Assembly (NCBI GenBank): GCA_905181725.1
Contig: CAJIYX010000052.1
Coordinates: forward strand, 12,139 to 76,138
DNA: 64,000 nt
Direction of reading: 5' to 3'
Origin: Alphaproteobacteria bacterium UBA830
GTDB taxonomy: Bacteria > Pseudomonadota > Alphaproteobacteria > MPNO01 > UBA830
The position numbers and the translations under genes are program-made. Every line of letters begins with the position of its first letter. Within the stretch, counting starts at the first letter, position 1. Under the pieces are notes generated by a model. The model did no database searches. It saw only the letters and a program-made list of their open reading frames with translations, and was not told where the DNA came from. Shown here in pieces: positions 52,372 to 63,685 of the stretch.

Positions 52372-53117
52372 CACGTTGGCGGGTCCGGATCGAATATGAC
52401 GGCGGCCCCTATGTTGGCTGGCAACGTCAGAAAAACGGCCGGTCGATCCAGCAATCGATTGAAGAGGCCGTATTCAGGTTTTGTGGTGAACATACGCGTG
52501 TCTATGGCGCGGGCCGCACCGATGCCGGGGTGCATGCGATGGGCCAGGTCGCCCATATCGATATCGAGCGCCCGACAACGGCAGACACCGTGCGCGATGC
52601 GATCAACGCGCATCTTCGCGATGAGCCGATTTCAATCGTCGAGGCCGTGGCTGCTGCTGAGGGGTTTCACGCTCGGATTTCGGCCCGCGAGCGGGTTTAT
52701 CTCTATCGTGTTCTCAATCGTCGCCCGCCGCCCGCGATCGATCAGGGACGGGTCTGGCATATTCCGTGGGATCTCGATGCCGATGCCATGCATGAAGCTG
52801 CCCAATGTCTCGTCGGGACGCATGATTTCACAAGCTTCCGGGCAACCGTGTGTCAGGCTAGGTCCCCGGTGAAGACCCTGGACGTGCTGGATGTTCGAAA
52901 GGCTGGCGCGGAAATTCATTTTCACGCCCGCGGACGGTCGTTCCTGCATCATCAGGTCCGGAATATTGTCGGCACGCTCGAGCGGGTCGGTGCCGGCAAA
53001 TGGACCGCGGCTGATGTCTCGACAGCATTGGATGCCCGGGACCGGGCGGCTGCCGGTGCGACAGCACCACCCGATGGGTTATCTCTGGTATCGGTGACCT
53101 ATCCGGACGATTCGTAA
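52368..53117 (+). CDS. truA: tRNA pseudouridine(38-40) synthase
   Basis: RTDAGVHA catalytic motif. Overlaps the fmt stop. Confidence 0.9.
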   Translation: MTRWRVRIEYDGGPYVGWQRQKNGRSIQQSIEEAVFRFCGEHTRVYGAGRTDAGVHAMGQVAHIDIERPTTADTVRDAINAHLRDEPISIVEAVAAAEGFHARISARERVYLYRVLNRRPPPAIDQGRVWHIPWDLDADAMHEAAQCLVGTHDFTSFRATVCQARSPVKTLDVLDVRKAGAEIHFHARGRSFLHHQVRNIVGTLERVGAGKWTAADVSTALDARDRAAAGATAPPDGLSLVSVTYPDDS

Positions 53118-53146
53118 CCCGGCTTCTGGCAACGCCTTAAGCCCTG

Positions 53147-53725
53147 TCAGGTGACGCTCAGATAAAGCGACCGGCTGACCAGGCTGAGAGCGATGGCAAT
53201 CGTCAGATCGATCACGACAACCAGAAAAGCGACCGGGGTCGTTACGTCCAGTGTCGTCTTGGCGATAAAGCCCTGATAGAAGAAAATTGCCAGCGTCGCT
53301 ACAAGGCTTACGAGCCCGCCCAGACTGTCGGGCACGGTGCCGCTCGCTGAAAATGCCGATATGCCCAGGAAAAAATATGCCTGAAGCACGATCGACCAGT
53401 TCCAGGCAGTGATGAACCGGAAATAATTCCGGTCGCATTTCATGGTGTCCGTGAACGCCACCATGATCAGGGGAAACAGTACCCAGCCGATCGCGTAGGA
53501 AATCACTTCGACGGACAGGATGCGGAATGCTCCGGCGTCGACCGGGTGTTGTGTAAAACTCAGCAGCACCAGCAGCGCATAAGCCGGCAAGGCAAGCCAG
53601 GCGGCATTAAACGATTTCCAGAAGGCGTCCCGGGTATTGTCGAAGAACTGAACGGCCGTGCGGTCGAGTGTCGCGAAGCGCCAGGTACCGTAAATCACGA
53701 CGGAAATTTCTCGGATGGTGACCAT
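53147..53725 (-). CDS. Yip1-like multi-TM membrane protein (hypothetical)
   Basis: 192 aa, 5 TM. Confidence 0.45.
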   Translation of the reverse strand: MVTIREISVVIYGTWRFATLDRTAVQFFDNTRDAFWKSFNAAWLALPAYALLVLLSFTQHPVDAGAFRILSVEVISYAIGWVLFPLIMVAFTDTMKCDRNYFRFITAWNWSIVLQAYFFLGISAFSASGTVPDSLGGLVSLVATLAIFFYQGFIAKTTLDVTTPVAFLVVVIDLTIAIALSLVSRSLYLSVT

Positions 53726-53733
53726 GCCGGCGC

Positions 53734-54900
53734 TTAGCCGTGTGCCGCGAAATATCCGTCGAGGACCGCAGCGTATATATCGGCCAGCGCGCGGATATCG
53801 GCAACCGCGATGCGCTCGTCCACCTTGTGCATGGTCTGACCGACCAGCCCGAATTCCGCGACCGGGCAGTAATCCTTAATAAATCGCGCGTCTGACGTGC
53901 CGCCAGATGTGCTGAGCTCCGGCTCAATGCCGGTGACGTCCTTGACGACGCGTGCCATCAGCGCGCTGAAGTCTGCGGGCGGTGTCAGGAATGCTTCGCC
54001 CGATATCCGGATATCGAGATCGTATTGTCCGCCGATTGCTTTGCATTGCTCGTGCAGCCATTCCGTCAGGCTGGCGCCGGTATGCAGGTCATTGAACCGG
54101 ATATTGAAACCGGCGGTCGCCTGTGCAGGGATGACATTCGTTGCCGGGTTGCCGGTGTCGATGGTGGTGAGCTGTAGGTTCGAAGGCTGGAAGTGATCAG
54201 TGCCGTCATCCAGTTTCGTATTGGCCAAGGCGTCGAGTATTGCGATCAACCGGAGCAGGGGATTGTCGGCAAGATGCGGATAGGCAGTGTGCCCCTGCAC
54301 GCCGGTAACGGTAATTGTCGCGGTCATGCTGCCGCGGCGGCCGATCTTTATCATGTCGCCGAGCTTGAGCGGGTTCGTCGGTTCACCGACAAGGCAGACG
54401 TCGATGACCTCGCCGTTTTCGACCATCCAGTCGAGCACCTTCGTGGTGCCGTTGACCGCGGGGCCTTCCTCGTCGCCGGTGATCAGCAGGCTAATCGAGC
54501 CTCCGACCGAGCCCCCGACCGCGCCGGCTGCGATAATGCGCGATGCGGCATCTACGAATGCACCCACGGCACTTTTCATATCGGTTGCGCCGCGGCCATA
54601 CAGCACGTCGTCGATGATCTCCCCGCCAAATGGATCGACCGACCATGAGTCCGGATTGCCGAGCGGCACGACGTCCGTGTGGCCGGCAAAGCAGAAATTC
54701 GGCGCCGTATCGCCAAACCGGGCATACAGATTGTCGATATCCGGCGTATCGGCATCGGAAAATTTCAGCCGGTGGCAGACAAAGCCGATCCCCTCAAGTG
54801 CTGTCTGCAATACATCCAGCGCACCGGCATCCGCCGGCGTAATGCTGGGGCAGCGGAGCAGGTCACGGGAAAGCTCGACGGCGTCAACGATGGCGATCAA
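53734..54900 (-). CDS. dapE: succinyl-diaminopimelate desuccinylase (M20)
   Basis: 388 aa, M20 metal ligands. Confidence 0.9.
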   Translation of the reverse strand: MIAIVDAVELSRDLLRCPSITPADAGALDVLQTALEGIGFVCHRLKFSDADTPDIDNLYARFGDTAPNFCFAGHTDVVPLGNPDSWSVDPFGGEIIDDVLYGRGATDMKSAVGAFVDAASRIIAAGAVGGSVGGSISLLITGDEEGPAVNGTTKVLDWMVENGEVIDVCLVGEPTNPLKLGDMIKIGRRGSMTATITVTGVQGHTAYPHLADNPLLRLIAILDALANTKLDDGTDHFQPSNLQLTTIDTGNPATNVIPAQATAGFNIRFNDLHTGASLTEWLHEQCKAIGGQYDLDIRISGEAFLTPPADFSALMARVVKDVTGIEPELSTSGGTSDARFIKDYCPVAEFGLVGQTMHKVDERIAVADIRALADIYAAVLDGYFAAHG

Positions 54901-55754
54901 TCCCGCAGCAGGTCGTTGATCGACGTCTTGGACCGGGTCTGTTCATCTACCCGCTTGACGATCACGGCACAGTAAAGGCTGGGCCCTTCGCTGCCGTCGG
55001 GCAGCGGCTTGCCCGGCAGCGTGCCCGGCACGACGACCGAATAGGACGGCACGCGGCCCATATGGATTTCGCCGGTCGCCCGGTCGATGATCTTGGTCGA
55101 CTGTCCCAGGAACACCCCCATGGACAGCACAGCGCCTTCCTCGACGATCACACCTTCGGCGACTTCCGAGCGGGCGCCGATAAAGCAGTTATCCTCGATG
55201 ATGACTGGGTCGGCCTGTAGCGGTTCCAGAACGCCGCCGATACCGACGCCGCCCGAGATATGACAATTCTTGCCGATCTGCGCGCAGGACCCGATTGTGG
55301 CCCAGGTATCGACCATGGTGCCTGAATCGACATAGGCGCCGAGGTTCACGAAGCTCGGCATCAGGATCACGTTGGGGGCGAGATACGCGGAACGGCGAAC
55401 GGTGCAGTTCGGAACGGTGCGGAATCCGGCGGCGCGGAACTTTTCTTCATCCCAGCCGGCAAATTTCGACGGCACCTTGTCGAACCAGGCGCTCTCGCCG
55501 AGGCCGGGGAACGTAGGTCCACCTGGAAGCGGCGCCATGTCGTGAATGCGGAACGACAGCAGCACGGCTTTTTTGAGCCACTGGTTGACTTTCCAGCCGT
55601 CAGCGCCTTTTTCGGCGACCCGCAGCGTGCCTGAATCGAGCCCTTCGAGGGCGGCTTCGATTGCGTCGCGCGCGGCGCCTGTGGATTGCGGCGTAATCGA
55701 ATCGCGGTCTTCCCACGCCTGATCAATGGATTGTTCGAGTGCTGTATCGGTCAT
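54897..55754 (-). CDS. dapD: 2,3,4,5-tetrahydropyridine-2,6-dicarboxylate N-succinyltransferase
   Basis: 285 aa, hexapeptide-repeat, overlaps dapE. Confidence 0.9.
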   Translation of the reverse strand: MTDTALEQSIDQAWEDRDSITPQSTGAARDAIEAALEGLDSGTLRVAEKGADGWKVNQWLKKAVLLSFRIHDMAPLPGGPTFPGLGESAWFDKVPSKFAGWDEEKFRAAGFRTVPNCTVRRSAYLAPNVILMPSFVNLGAYVDSGTMVDTWATIGSCAQIGKNCHISGGVGIGGVLEPLQADPVIIEDNCFIGARSEVAEGVIVEEGAVLSMGVFLGQSTKIIDRATGEIHMGRVPSYSVVVPGTLPGKPLPDGSEGPSLYCAVIVKRVDEQTRSKTSINDLLRD

Positions 55755-55822
55755 GTTGTCTGCGCCCTGTGCCTGGAAATTCGGCTGGAATATAGAGCAT
55801 TATCGTCGCTGGTGGAAACGCG

Positions 55823-56518
55823 TCAGCCAGTATTTCCGACATTTTGTAGCCAGGCGGTCAGATCGTCGGTGATATGGTCGATATGATCCGTTTCGGTCAC
55901 GTCTTTTGCCCAGCTTGTATCGGTCCGGACCCAGACGGTCGTCATCCCCAGTTCTGCCGCCGGTTCGAGATTCCGCGAGATATCCTCGACCATCGCCGCT
56001 CGCGTCGGGTCGACATCGTGCAGGTCGCACAGGCGGCGATAGGAATCGATGGCGGGTTTGGGCACGTAATCCGCGTCGCCGATATCGTAGACGGCGTCGA
56101 AATGAGCAGTGATACCGATACGTTCCATCACCTCACGCGTATGTTCCGTAAACGCGTTGGTATAGATGATCTTGCGGCCATCCAGTCTGTTCAGCGTATC
56201 TGCAAGCTCCGGATTGGGGGCGACGTCCGACAGGTCGAGCTGCGACAGGTGGTCGATATAATCCTGGGGGTCCAGCCCGTGTTCGAGCATCAGGCCACGA
56301 AGGGTCAATCCGTGGGTTAGGAAATACCCTTTCTGGATGCGCCGGGCCTCGACGCGGTCGACGTTCAGGAAGTCGCTGATGAAAGACCCCATCAAATGGT
56401 CGATCTGGGCCAGCATCTCCGGGCTGGTGCGGTACAGCGTGTTGTCGAGATCGAATATCCAGGTGTCGATGCCACTGGAATCAACGTTTTTCGCGGGTAT
56501 GGGGCGGTTATTCTGCAT
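55823..56518 (-). CDS. HAD family pyrimidine 5'-nucleotidase
   Basis: FDLDNTLY motif I. Confidence 0.8.
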   Translation of the reverse strand: MQNNRPIPAKNVDSSGIDTWIFDLDNTLYRTSPEMLAQIDHLMGSFISDFLNVDRVEARRIQKGYFLTHGLTLRGLMLEHGLDPQDYIDHLSQLDLSDVAPNPELADTLNRLDGRKIIYTNAFTEHTREVMERIGITAHFDAVYDIGDADYVPKPAIDSYRRLCDLHDVDPTRAAMVEDISRNLEPAAELGMTTVWVRTDTSWAKDVTETDHIDHITDDLTAWLQNVGNTG

Positions 56519-56579
56519 GTGCCGAATGTGGCGTGGGATCTCGGGCGACGCAAGGAATCGTTAAGGCCCAGTTGTTAAG

Positions 56580-56890
56580 GTGGCAAACGGGTTCATCGCG
56601 AGTAGAACGGGCAGATTGAAACGAATGGCGCAGTCGCAGGCACAACCTGAATATGTCGATATGCTCAAAAGGAGCGTAACCGGTTCGTCGCGCTCGCTTT
56701 CTGTGCTGCGGATATGCTGTTTGAGGTCGATAAAGACCAGACAATTACCTATGTCGCCGGCGCCACCAAGGCGTTAACGGACTATGAACCCCACGATGTG
56801 ATCGGCAAGCCTTTCGTCGATCTGATCGATTCGGCCGAGCGAGACTACGTTACCCGGCGGCTCGAAGGGCTTGGCTCGGCGAACCGTCTT
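56580..56890 (+). pseudogene. PAS-domain protein remnant (possible N-terminal frameshift; 3' end truncated by a mobile-element scar)
   Basis: Frame A MAQSQAQPEYVDMLKRS..., then frame B ...RNRFVALAFCAADMLFEVDKDQTITYVAGATKALTDYEPHDVIGKPFVDLID... PAS-like. Composition drops to AT-rich at ~56890. Confidence 0.35.
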
Positions 56891-57065
56891 GAATGGTTGA
56901 TATTACGTGTTAAAAAGTTAATATATTCAATGGTTTATAAGTTGGAGTGTGTCGCACTGTACCGAAATGTGTCACACCCCGTGTCACAGTTTTAAGAGAC
57001 GATCAGCAGGGAAGGTCTCTGAGGCTCCGCTGGGGTCTCGACCATCTCGAAGAGATCGGTTGGTG

Positions 57066-57254
57066 CTAGTGGTGCATGTACCGCTGCGTTGTCGTGATCA
57101 CCTTGTGGCCAAGCCACTCTTTGATAGGTAGTGCGCTCAGTCCTGCCTGCGCAAAACGCGAGGCGCACGTATGGCGTAAGATGTGCGGCACATAGTTTGA
57201 GTTGTCGACCTCGCCAAGCATCTCACGGCCTTGCTGAAACCTGCGGTAATACAT
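57066..57254 (-). pseudogene. tyrosine recombinase (phage integrase) C-terminal fragment
   Basis: ...HILRHTCASRFAQAGLSALPIKEWLGHKVITTTQRYMHH contains the R-H-R-H-Y catalytic box region. No upstream part, because the TauD gene starts at 57302. Confidence 0.55.
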
Positions 57255-57301
57255 TGAGTAGCCCAGACCCTCGAAAGGTGAGGACAGCCCCAGCGACTTT
57301 T

Positions 57302-58405
57302 CTATTCCCGATCAATGGGCGCGTTCAATACCGTATCAGGACCGATAATGCCGCCAGGTCGTTCGACCGTATCGCGCGTTCCATGGCGTTCGTAGAAGGC
57401 GTTAGGCAGGGGGCGACCGTTTAGAGCTCGCACCCATATCCGCACCAGATGGCGTTTGCGATCCGGTTCGTCGCGGTCCTGATAGTCGAGGCGGGTGTGG
57501 AAAATGACATGGTTATTCAGAAATTGCATATCGCCGAGTTGGAAGCCCATTTCGAAGCTTTGTTCTTTTGCCGCGCTTTGGACCGTGTCGAGGGCTTCCT
57601 TTTGCGCGGGTGTCATCACAAATTCCGGGCCGAAACGGTGGGCTGATCCCATATATGTCGGCTCGATGGAGGAACTGAAATAGCCTTGGTGATAGTTGAA
57701 CACCGGAAGTTTGTACCAAGGCTCCATGTTCGGTGGAATTTCGTCGCGGCGATCTCGATAGTAGGGCTCGGCGAGTGTCCGGACAATATCCGGACGGGTT
57801 TTCAGTAACTCATTGTGGACGGTGACGGAACTGGCGAGGTGGCTTTCGCCGCCGGAAATTGGTGTTTCAAGGCACAACAACCCGACAATGTCGCCACAAT
57901 CGGCATGGAAGGGAATTTCTTCACGCGAATAGGGGCCGCGCTGGGACGGATTTGCCTTGGTTTGGCCGAGGTCAGTCACATGGCCGAGAACGTGGCCACG
58001 TTTGTTTTGTGATAACACTCCGTCGCCTAGATGTTGACTGATTGCCCAGAACGCTGCCACCGCGCCGCGTTTGCCTAATTCTTCAATTGGCAAACCGCGA
58101 AAGAGAATAAACCCGCGTCCATAGAGTAGCTCTTGGCGGATGTCGCGAAGGGTGTTCGCCAGGTGAGGCAGGGGAAAGTCGTCTCTGACCAATGGCATTA
58201 AGTCGACGCCATCCGCCGATAGCCCCGTGACCGCGTTGCGGATATCGTCAATTTCCAAATCGGTGAAATCGTGCCTCCACGAATTGGTCTTAGTCAATTC
58301 CGCCGGCGTCCATCCTGCCGGATCATCGATTGGTTCAAGTGGCATGGCGGGGGCGCGGCGTTCAATAAAGGGGTCGTTTGAATTTTTTACTACTTGCGTG
58401 GCCAT
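57302..58405 (-). CDS. TauD/TfdA family Fe(II)/2-oxoglutarate dioxygenase
   Basis: 367 aa, HxD...H facial triad context (…FHADCGDIV…). Confidence 0.8.
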   Translation of the reverse strand: MATQVVKNSNDPFIERRAPAMPLEPIDDPAGWTPAELTKTNSWRHDFTDLEIDDIRNAVTGLSADGVDLMPLVRDDFPLPHLANTLRDIRQELLYGRGFILFRGLPIEELGKRGAVAAFWAISQHLGDGVLSQNKRGHVLGHVTDLGQTKANPSQRGPYSREEIPFHADCGDIVGLLCLETPISGGESHLASSVTVHNELLKTRPDIVRTLAEPYYRDRRDEIPPNMEPWYKLPVFNYHQGYFSSSIEPTYMGSAHRFGPEFVMTPAQKEALDTVQSAAKEQSFEMGFQLGDMQFLNNHVIFHTRLDYQDRDEPDRKRHLVRIWVRALNGRPLPNAFYERHGTRDTVERPGGIIGPDTVLNAPIDRE

Positions 58406-58806
58406 TACGCGATCTCCGAAATTGGTGCCAACTTACGGCCTAATGGTGGCCGCTACACCCCCGGTCGTCCAGTTGAAACAACGCGGTGGCGGTGTAGCGG
58501 AGAATGGCGCTGGTGAACGGCCAGTGTGTGTCGGAATAATCTCCGCGTTTCTGCGCTTTATCATGCAGTCTGTTGTACCTGCTGATCGTTTCCTCGCGCA
58601 TGAAACGCTCAAGGGTCTTCTGTTCTTCAAGGATTTTGGCTGCTTCAATCAAATCAAATCTCCGGTTTTTTGCGGTACAAGGTAAGTCTGTATTCCCAAC
58701 TAATTGGTAGGGGTATAAATAAATAAAAACACCTGTAAAAACAGGGTTTTAGGTCGTTATATTGGTAGCCAAAAGGGGATAGAAGGTATCTGCCACATCA
58801 GAACCT

Positions 58807-59787
58807 ATGATGTTGCGGATGTCCGGACCGAACGGTCCGACACCGCGATTGATGCAGACCGGCTATCATCTGCCTGACCTGCCCAGATCATTTTTCTTCG
58901 CGCTTCGGCTGATCAGTCAAGACGAGACGATGACGGATAACTCTGACCGCCGGCGCGATGCGGAGACCGGACTTCTTAACAAAGAGGCGTTCGCCGAATT
59001 CGCGACCCAGCGCATCAAGGACGCGGAGGCCGACGGCGAAGACCTGAAGGTCACGATGCTGCGTCTTGAAGACATGGGTGAGCTTCGTCCCCGTCTTGAC
59101 GAGGAGGCCGATCAGGATCTGATGCGGACCCTGGCCCGGTGTTTCGACGATGGCGCCGGGAACCGGGACGTCGCCGCCAAGTTCGATGATGAGAATTATG
59201 GCGTCTTGCACGCCGACGTGTTTGATATCGGGGTACTTAGGAACCGCTTGGAAACCCACCTGAAGGGCGCGGACCCTAAAGGTATCGGGGTTCGCGTGAA
59301 CAGCAGCACTGCGCCCGCGGATTTAAAACGCGTCGACCCCCAAGATGCCGTGAAGGCATTTCTTTATACGGTTAATCATTATTGCGCGGACCCGAGCAGT
59401 GAACTCGCGATCAAAAGCCTGGGCGAAAATCTCGACAACCTTCTTGCTGATACGTCAGCGAAGATGGTCGAATTCAAGAAAATGGTCTCAGCCGACAGTT
59501 TCAACGCCGTATTCCAGCCCGTCGTCGGCTTGCCGACGCAGGGGATCCATCATTACGAAGCGATTGCCGTGCTGGGCGGCACGGCGATGCGAAAAGCATT
59601 TTCTCTCTCCAGTGCAAAGGGCGTTGTAGCCCTGTCTTGGAAGGCCGGGTTATCGGCGGAGCTCGCGCATCAGCTGCAGCTTCGGCTTGCGAAAGTATTT
59701 CCATCGGAAACAATCAAGCCGCGGGGCGGGAATTACGGCATGTCCGAAAAAGACCTTGCCTGGCAAGTAGAGTTCTTCGGCGGCTAG
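58807..59787 (+). CDS. degenerate GGDEF-like domain protein with short EAL-like C-terminal fragment
   Basis: ...RDAETGLLNKEAF... with DDENY in place of GG(D/E)EF, then FQPVVGLPTQGIHHYEAI (EAL-start motif) but only ~70 aa follow. Confidence 0.45.
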   Translation: MMLRMSGPNGPTPRLMQTGYHLPDLPRSFFFALRLISQDETMTDNSDRRRDAETGLLNKEAFAEFATQRIKDAEADGEDLKVTMLRLEDMGELRPRLDEEADQDLMRTLARCFDDGAGNRDVAAKFDDENYGVLHADVFDIGVLRNRLETHLKGADPKGIGVRVNSSTAPADLKRVDPQDAVKAFLYTVNHYCADPSSELAIKSLGENLDNLLADTSAKMVEFKKMVSADSFNAVFQPVVGLPTQGIHHYEAIAVLGGTAMRKAFSLSSAKGVVALSWKAGLSAELAHQLQLRLAKVFPSETIKPRGGNYGMSEKDLAWQVEFFGG

Positions 59788-59804
59788 CCCGGGACGTCAG
59801 GCTG

Positions 59805-60731
59805 CTATTTTTTTGCCCTGATCATGGTACCGGCGCCGTGTTCGGTGAAAATTTCAAGCAATAGCGCATGCGGCACACGGCCATCCATGATGACCGATGC
59901 CTCGACACCCTCTTTTACGGCGTCCAGACAGGTTTCGATCTTTGGGATCATACCGCCCGTAATGGTAGCGTTTTTGATCAGGGTCTTCGCCTGGCGTGCC
60001 GTGATATCGGTGATCAGCTCGCCTTTTTTGTCCAGCACGCCTGTCACATCGGTCAGCATCAAAAGGCGGGTCGCTCCGATCGCGCCGGCAATGGCGCCGG
60101 CGGCGGTGTCGGCATTGATGTTGTAGGTCGTACCACCCTCGCCGATACCGAGCGGGGCTATCACCGGGATCATGTGCGATCCGGCCAGCGTATCCAGTAC
60201 CTTGGTGTTGATCGCGACCGGTTCGCCGACAAAACCGAGATCGACGACTTTCTCAATATTGGAATCCGTCTTCTGGCGATGCCTGAGCTTCCGCGCCCGG
60301 ATCAGATTTCCGTCCTTGCCTGAAATACCGACCGCGGTGCCCCCGGCATCGTTGATCGCTGTCACGACCTCTTTGTTGATCGATCCGGACAGCACCATCT
60401 CGACGATCTCGACGGTCCGTTTGTCGGTAACCCGGAGCCCGTCGATAAATTCGCTTTCGATCTTGAGCTGCTGGAGCATCCGGCCGATCTGCGGGCCACC
60501 GCCATGCACGATGACCGGGTTTATACCGACCTGTTTCAGCAGAACGATGTCGCTCGCGAACTGTTCAGCGAGCCGGGCGTCACCCATCGCATGCCCGCCA
60601 TACTTGATCACGAAGGTCTTGCCGCCGAATTCCTGGAGATAGGGCAGCGCTTCGGTCAGTGTTTCAGCAGTACGCAGCAACGATTTGATCTCGGAAAGGT
60701 TTTTGGGTTCGTGCTTCTTGGAGGCTGCCAT
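59805..60731 (-). CDS. argB: acetylglutamate kinase
   Basis: 308 aa. Confidence 0.9.
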   Translation of the reverse strand: MAASKKHEPKNLSEIKSLLRTAETLTEALPYLQEFGGKTFVIKYGGHAMGDARLAEQFASDIVLLKQVGINPVIVHGGGPQIGRMLQQLKIESEFIDGLRVTDKRTVEIVEMVLSGSINKEVVTAINDAGGTAVGISGKDGNLIRARKLRHRQKTDSNIEKVVDLGFVGEPVAINTKVLDTLAGSHMIPVIAPLGIGEGGTTYNINADTAAGAIAGAIGATRLLMLTDVTGVLDKKGELITDITARQAKTLIKNATITGGMIPKIETCLDAVKEGVEASVIMDGRVPHALLLEIFTEHGAGTMIRAKK

Positions 60732-60776
60732 CTTGTGCTCTTGGGCCGGAGAAGAGGATGAAACTGAGTTCCGCGT

Positions 60777-61436
60777 TTAGCGGATATCGGCGATCATTGC
60801 CAGTTCTGCGCGCAGAAATTCGATCCCCTGGCCTTTAACCGAACTGGTCTGGACGATGACGGGATGGGCAGCGACGTGTTTCGCAATCTGTGCCTTCGTG
60901 TCGGCCATCAGGCGGTCCATCGCCTCGGCTTTGACCTTGTCGCACTTGGTGAGCACGATCTGATAGGACACCGCAGCCGTATCCAGGTCCTTCATGACAC
61001 CGATATCGCTGTCTTTGAGCCCATGCCGGGCATCGATCAGCAGGCAGACACGGCGCAATGGCGCCCGGCCCCGCAGATAGTCGAAGATCATCGTGGTCCA
61101 GCGCTCGATTTCAGTCTTCGATGCCTTGGCGTATCCGTATCCGGGCAGATCGGCGAGCATCAGCGCATCGAGAATCTGGAAGAAATTGATCTGCTGCGTA
61201 CGTCCGGGCGTGTTCGATGTCCGCGCCAGCGTCCTGCGCCCGGTCAGGGAATTGATCAGGCTCGATTTGCCGACATTGGAGCGTCCGACAAAAGCGATTT
61301 CAGGGACCCGGGTGACCGGGACGCCGTCGTAATCGGCAGCGCCGGAGATAAATACGGCTTCCTGCGCAAACAGCCAGCGTCCCCGCTCCAGCGAAGCCGC
61401 GTCATGTTCGTGCTCGGTATCCGGCGCATCGGTCAT
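60777..61436 (-). CDS. engB: ribosome biogenesis GTP-binding protein YihA/YsxC
   Basis: GRSNVGKSSLIN G1 motif. Confidence 0.9.
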   Translation of the reverse strand: MTDAPDTEHEHDAASLERGRWLFAQEAVFISGAADYDGVPVTRVPEIAFVGRSNVGKSSLINSLTGRRTLARTSNTPGRTQQINFFQILDALMLADLPGYGYAKASKTEIERWTTMIFDYLRGRAPLRRVCLLIDARHGLKDSDIGVMKDLDTAAVSYQIVLTKCDKVKAEAMDRLMADTKAQIAKHVAAHPVIVQTSSVKGQGIEFLRAELAMIADIR

Positions 61437-61456
61437 GAGCGGGCTCCCTTTGCCGC

Positions 61457-63424
61457 TCAGCGTTTCTTACGCTGGCGGCGGGTTTTGCCCTTGGACGACG
61501 GCGGGGTCGGGCCGGGTTTTTTCTCCGGCTCTTCGCCGCCCTCGGATGCATCATTCTTTTTCTTGTTGCCGCGGGGCGGTGCCTTTGGCGGCTCTTCGTT
61601 GGTCGACTTGCCGGAGGCGGTGACGCCCATCCTCCGCATGATCACCCATTGCTGGGCAATCGACAGTGTGTTGTTCCAGGCCCAGTAAATGACCAGCCCA
61701 GCCGGGAAGCTGCCGAGCAGGAACGTAAAGACGATGGGCAACAGCATAAAGATTTTCTGCTGCATCGGATCCGCCGGCTGAGGATTGAGCCTTTGCTGCA
61801 GGAACATGGTGATGCCCATGATGATCGGCCAGATGCCGACATTGACGATCTGTAGGCTCTGCGGGACGTCCCAGTTGAACAGACCGAAGCCGATCAGCAA
61901 TCCGAACGGATCGGGCGCGGACAGGTCCTGGATCCAGCCGAAGAACGGTGCATGACGCATTTCAATCGTGACAAACAGCACTTTGTAGAGGGCGAAGAAC
62001 ACCGGAATCTGGATCAGGATGGGGAAGCAACCCGACATCGGGTTTGCGCCTTCTTTCTTGTATAATTCCATCATCGCCGTGTTCTGGCGCTGTTTGTCAT
62101 CCTTATTTTTTTCGCGGATCTCGACCATTTTCGGCTGTAGTTTCTTTAGCCGGCTCATGGACTTGTATGACTTGTTCGCCAGCGGGAAGAACGCGAGTTT
62201 GATCAGAACCGTCAGCAGCAGGATGGCGAGGCCGAAATTGCCCAGCAGCTGATAGAAATAATCGATCGCGTAGAAAATTGGCTTGGTCAGGAAATAGAAC
62301 CAGCCGAAATCGACCATGCGGTCGAACCGCGGAATACCGAGTTTTTCCTCATAGGAATCCAGCAGCCGGACTTCTTTCGCGCCGGCAAACAGGCGGGTCG
62401 TGAAGGCCGCCGACTGACCTGGCGCCACAGTTTGCGAGGCTGCCAGGTAATCTGCCTGAAACTTGTCCTTGCCGCCCGTTGCCGTGTGAACGAACCGCCC
62501 GTTATTGGCGACCTTCTGATCGGGGACCAGAGACGTTGCGAAATACTTGGCGGTGATGCCGAGCCATTTGGCCGCGCCGTCGACTGCCCGGATGCCGTTT
62601 GGTTCGTCCGGCAGATCATCGTAATCGACCTCGGTCAGTGTTTCGTCAAAAACCCCGATCATGCCTTCATGCAAAATCCAGAAACCGGCGGTTTCCGGTG
62701 TGCCGCTTAGCGAAATCAGGCCGAAGGGGTGAATAACCGCGGTTTGAGTGCCGTTATTGATAATGCGCTGGTCGACGGCGAACATGAAATTCTCGTCGAT
62801 CGAGATGACCTGCGCGAATTCAATACCCTCCGGGTTGGTCCAGCGCAGGGTTACCGGTTGACCAACGGACAGCGTGGACCGGTCGGACGTCCAGACTGTA
62901 TCTGCGGTTGGTAGGGTCACGCCGGTCGTGGTCGAGGTCCAGCCAAACTGGGCATAATAGGGGTTTTCGGTGCCCAGCGGCGACAGCATGACGATATTAT
63001 CGCTGTCTTTTTCCAGGGTCTGGCGATAGTTGAGAAGGGTCAGGTCGTCGATCAGCCCGCCCTTCAAACGGATCGATCCGATGACCCTGTTGGTCGTGAT
63101 CTTGATTCGCGGCTCGGCGCCAACCACGGCATCGCGCGAAATACTGCGGGGCGCCACGGACTGGCCGGCGACAGGTGCGCCTGCACCCGGTGGCACGGCA
63201 CCCGGCGTCGGCACGATCGACTGCCCACCGACACTTTGCCCGGGGAGGGGCGCGACACCCTGCCCCGGTATCGCGGGGTTGATTGTCTGGGCGGCTTCCT
63301 GGGCCTTCTGAGCCTCCTGCTGCGCACGTTGTTCCTCTACGCGCGGGCCTTCAATGAAGACCTGGAAACCCAACAGTATGGACACCGACATAACGATGGC
63401 GAGGATGAGATTACGTTGATCCAT
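61457..63424 (-). CDS. yidC: membrane protein insertase YidC
   Basis: 655 aa. Confidence 0.9.
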   Translation of the reverse strand: MDQRNLILAIVMSVSILLGFQVFIEGPRVEEQRAQQEAQKAQEAAQTINPAIPGQGVAPLPGQSVGGQSIVPTPGAVPPGAGAPVAGQSVAPRSISRDAVVGAEPRIKITTNRVIGSIRLKGGLIDDLTLLNYRQTLEKDSDNIVMLSPLGTENPYYAQFGWTSTTTGVTLPTADTVWTSDRSTLSVGQPVTLRWTNPEGIEFAQVISIDENFMFAVDQRIINNGTQTAVIHPFGLISLSGTPETAGFWILHEGMIGVFDETLTEVDYDDLPDEPNGIRAVDGAAKWLGITAKYFATSLVPDQKVANNGRFVHTATGGKDKFQADYLAASQTVAPGQSAAFTTRLFAGAKEVRLLDSYEEKLGIPRFDRMVDFGWFYFLTKPIFYAIDYFYQLLGNFGLAILLLTVLIKLAFFPLANKSYKSMSRLKKLQPKMVEIREKNKDDKQRQNTAMMELYKKEGANPMSGCFPILIQIPVFFALYKVLFVTIEMRHAPFFGWIQDLSAPDPFGLLIGFGLFNWDVPQSLQIVNVGIWPIIMGITMFLQQRLNPQPADPMQQKIFMLLPIVFTFLLGSFPAGLVIYWAWNNTLSIAQQWVIMRRMGVTASGKSTNEEPPKAPPRGNKKKNDASEGGEEPEKKPGPTPPSSKGKTRRQRKKR

Positions 63425-63427
63425 AAT

Positions 63428-63685
63428 TTAGCGTCCGTCTCCGTCGGGCACGGGATCATATCCTTGACCGCCCCATGGATGGCAACGGGTAATACGCCGC
63501 AACGCCAGTAATCCGCCGCGGCCGGGGCCGTGTAGCCGGATCGCATCGATAGCGTATCCCGAACATGTTGGATGAAACCGGCAGGTTTGCGGCAGGACAG
63601 GCGATATCAGAAGCTGATACCCCCGTGCGACGCCAATAAGCAAAGCGCTTAATGTTCTGACGGTGAGTGTTGTTAGAGCGTTCAT
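63428..63685 (-). CDS. yidD: membrane protein insertion efficiency factor YidD
   Basis: 85 aa, conserved [10 protein letters not shown]. Confidence 0.85.
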   Translation of the reverse strand: MNALTTLTVRTLSALLIGVARGYQLLISPVLPQTCRFHPTCSGYAIDAIRLHGPGRGGLLALRRITRCHPWGGQGYDPVPDGDGR

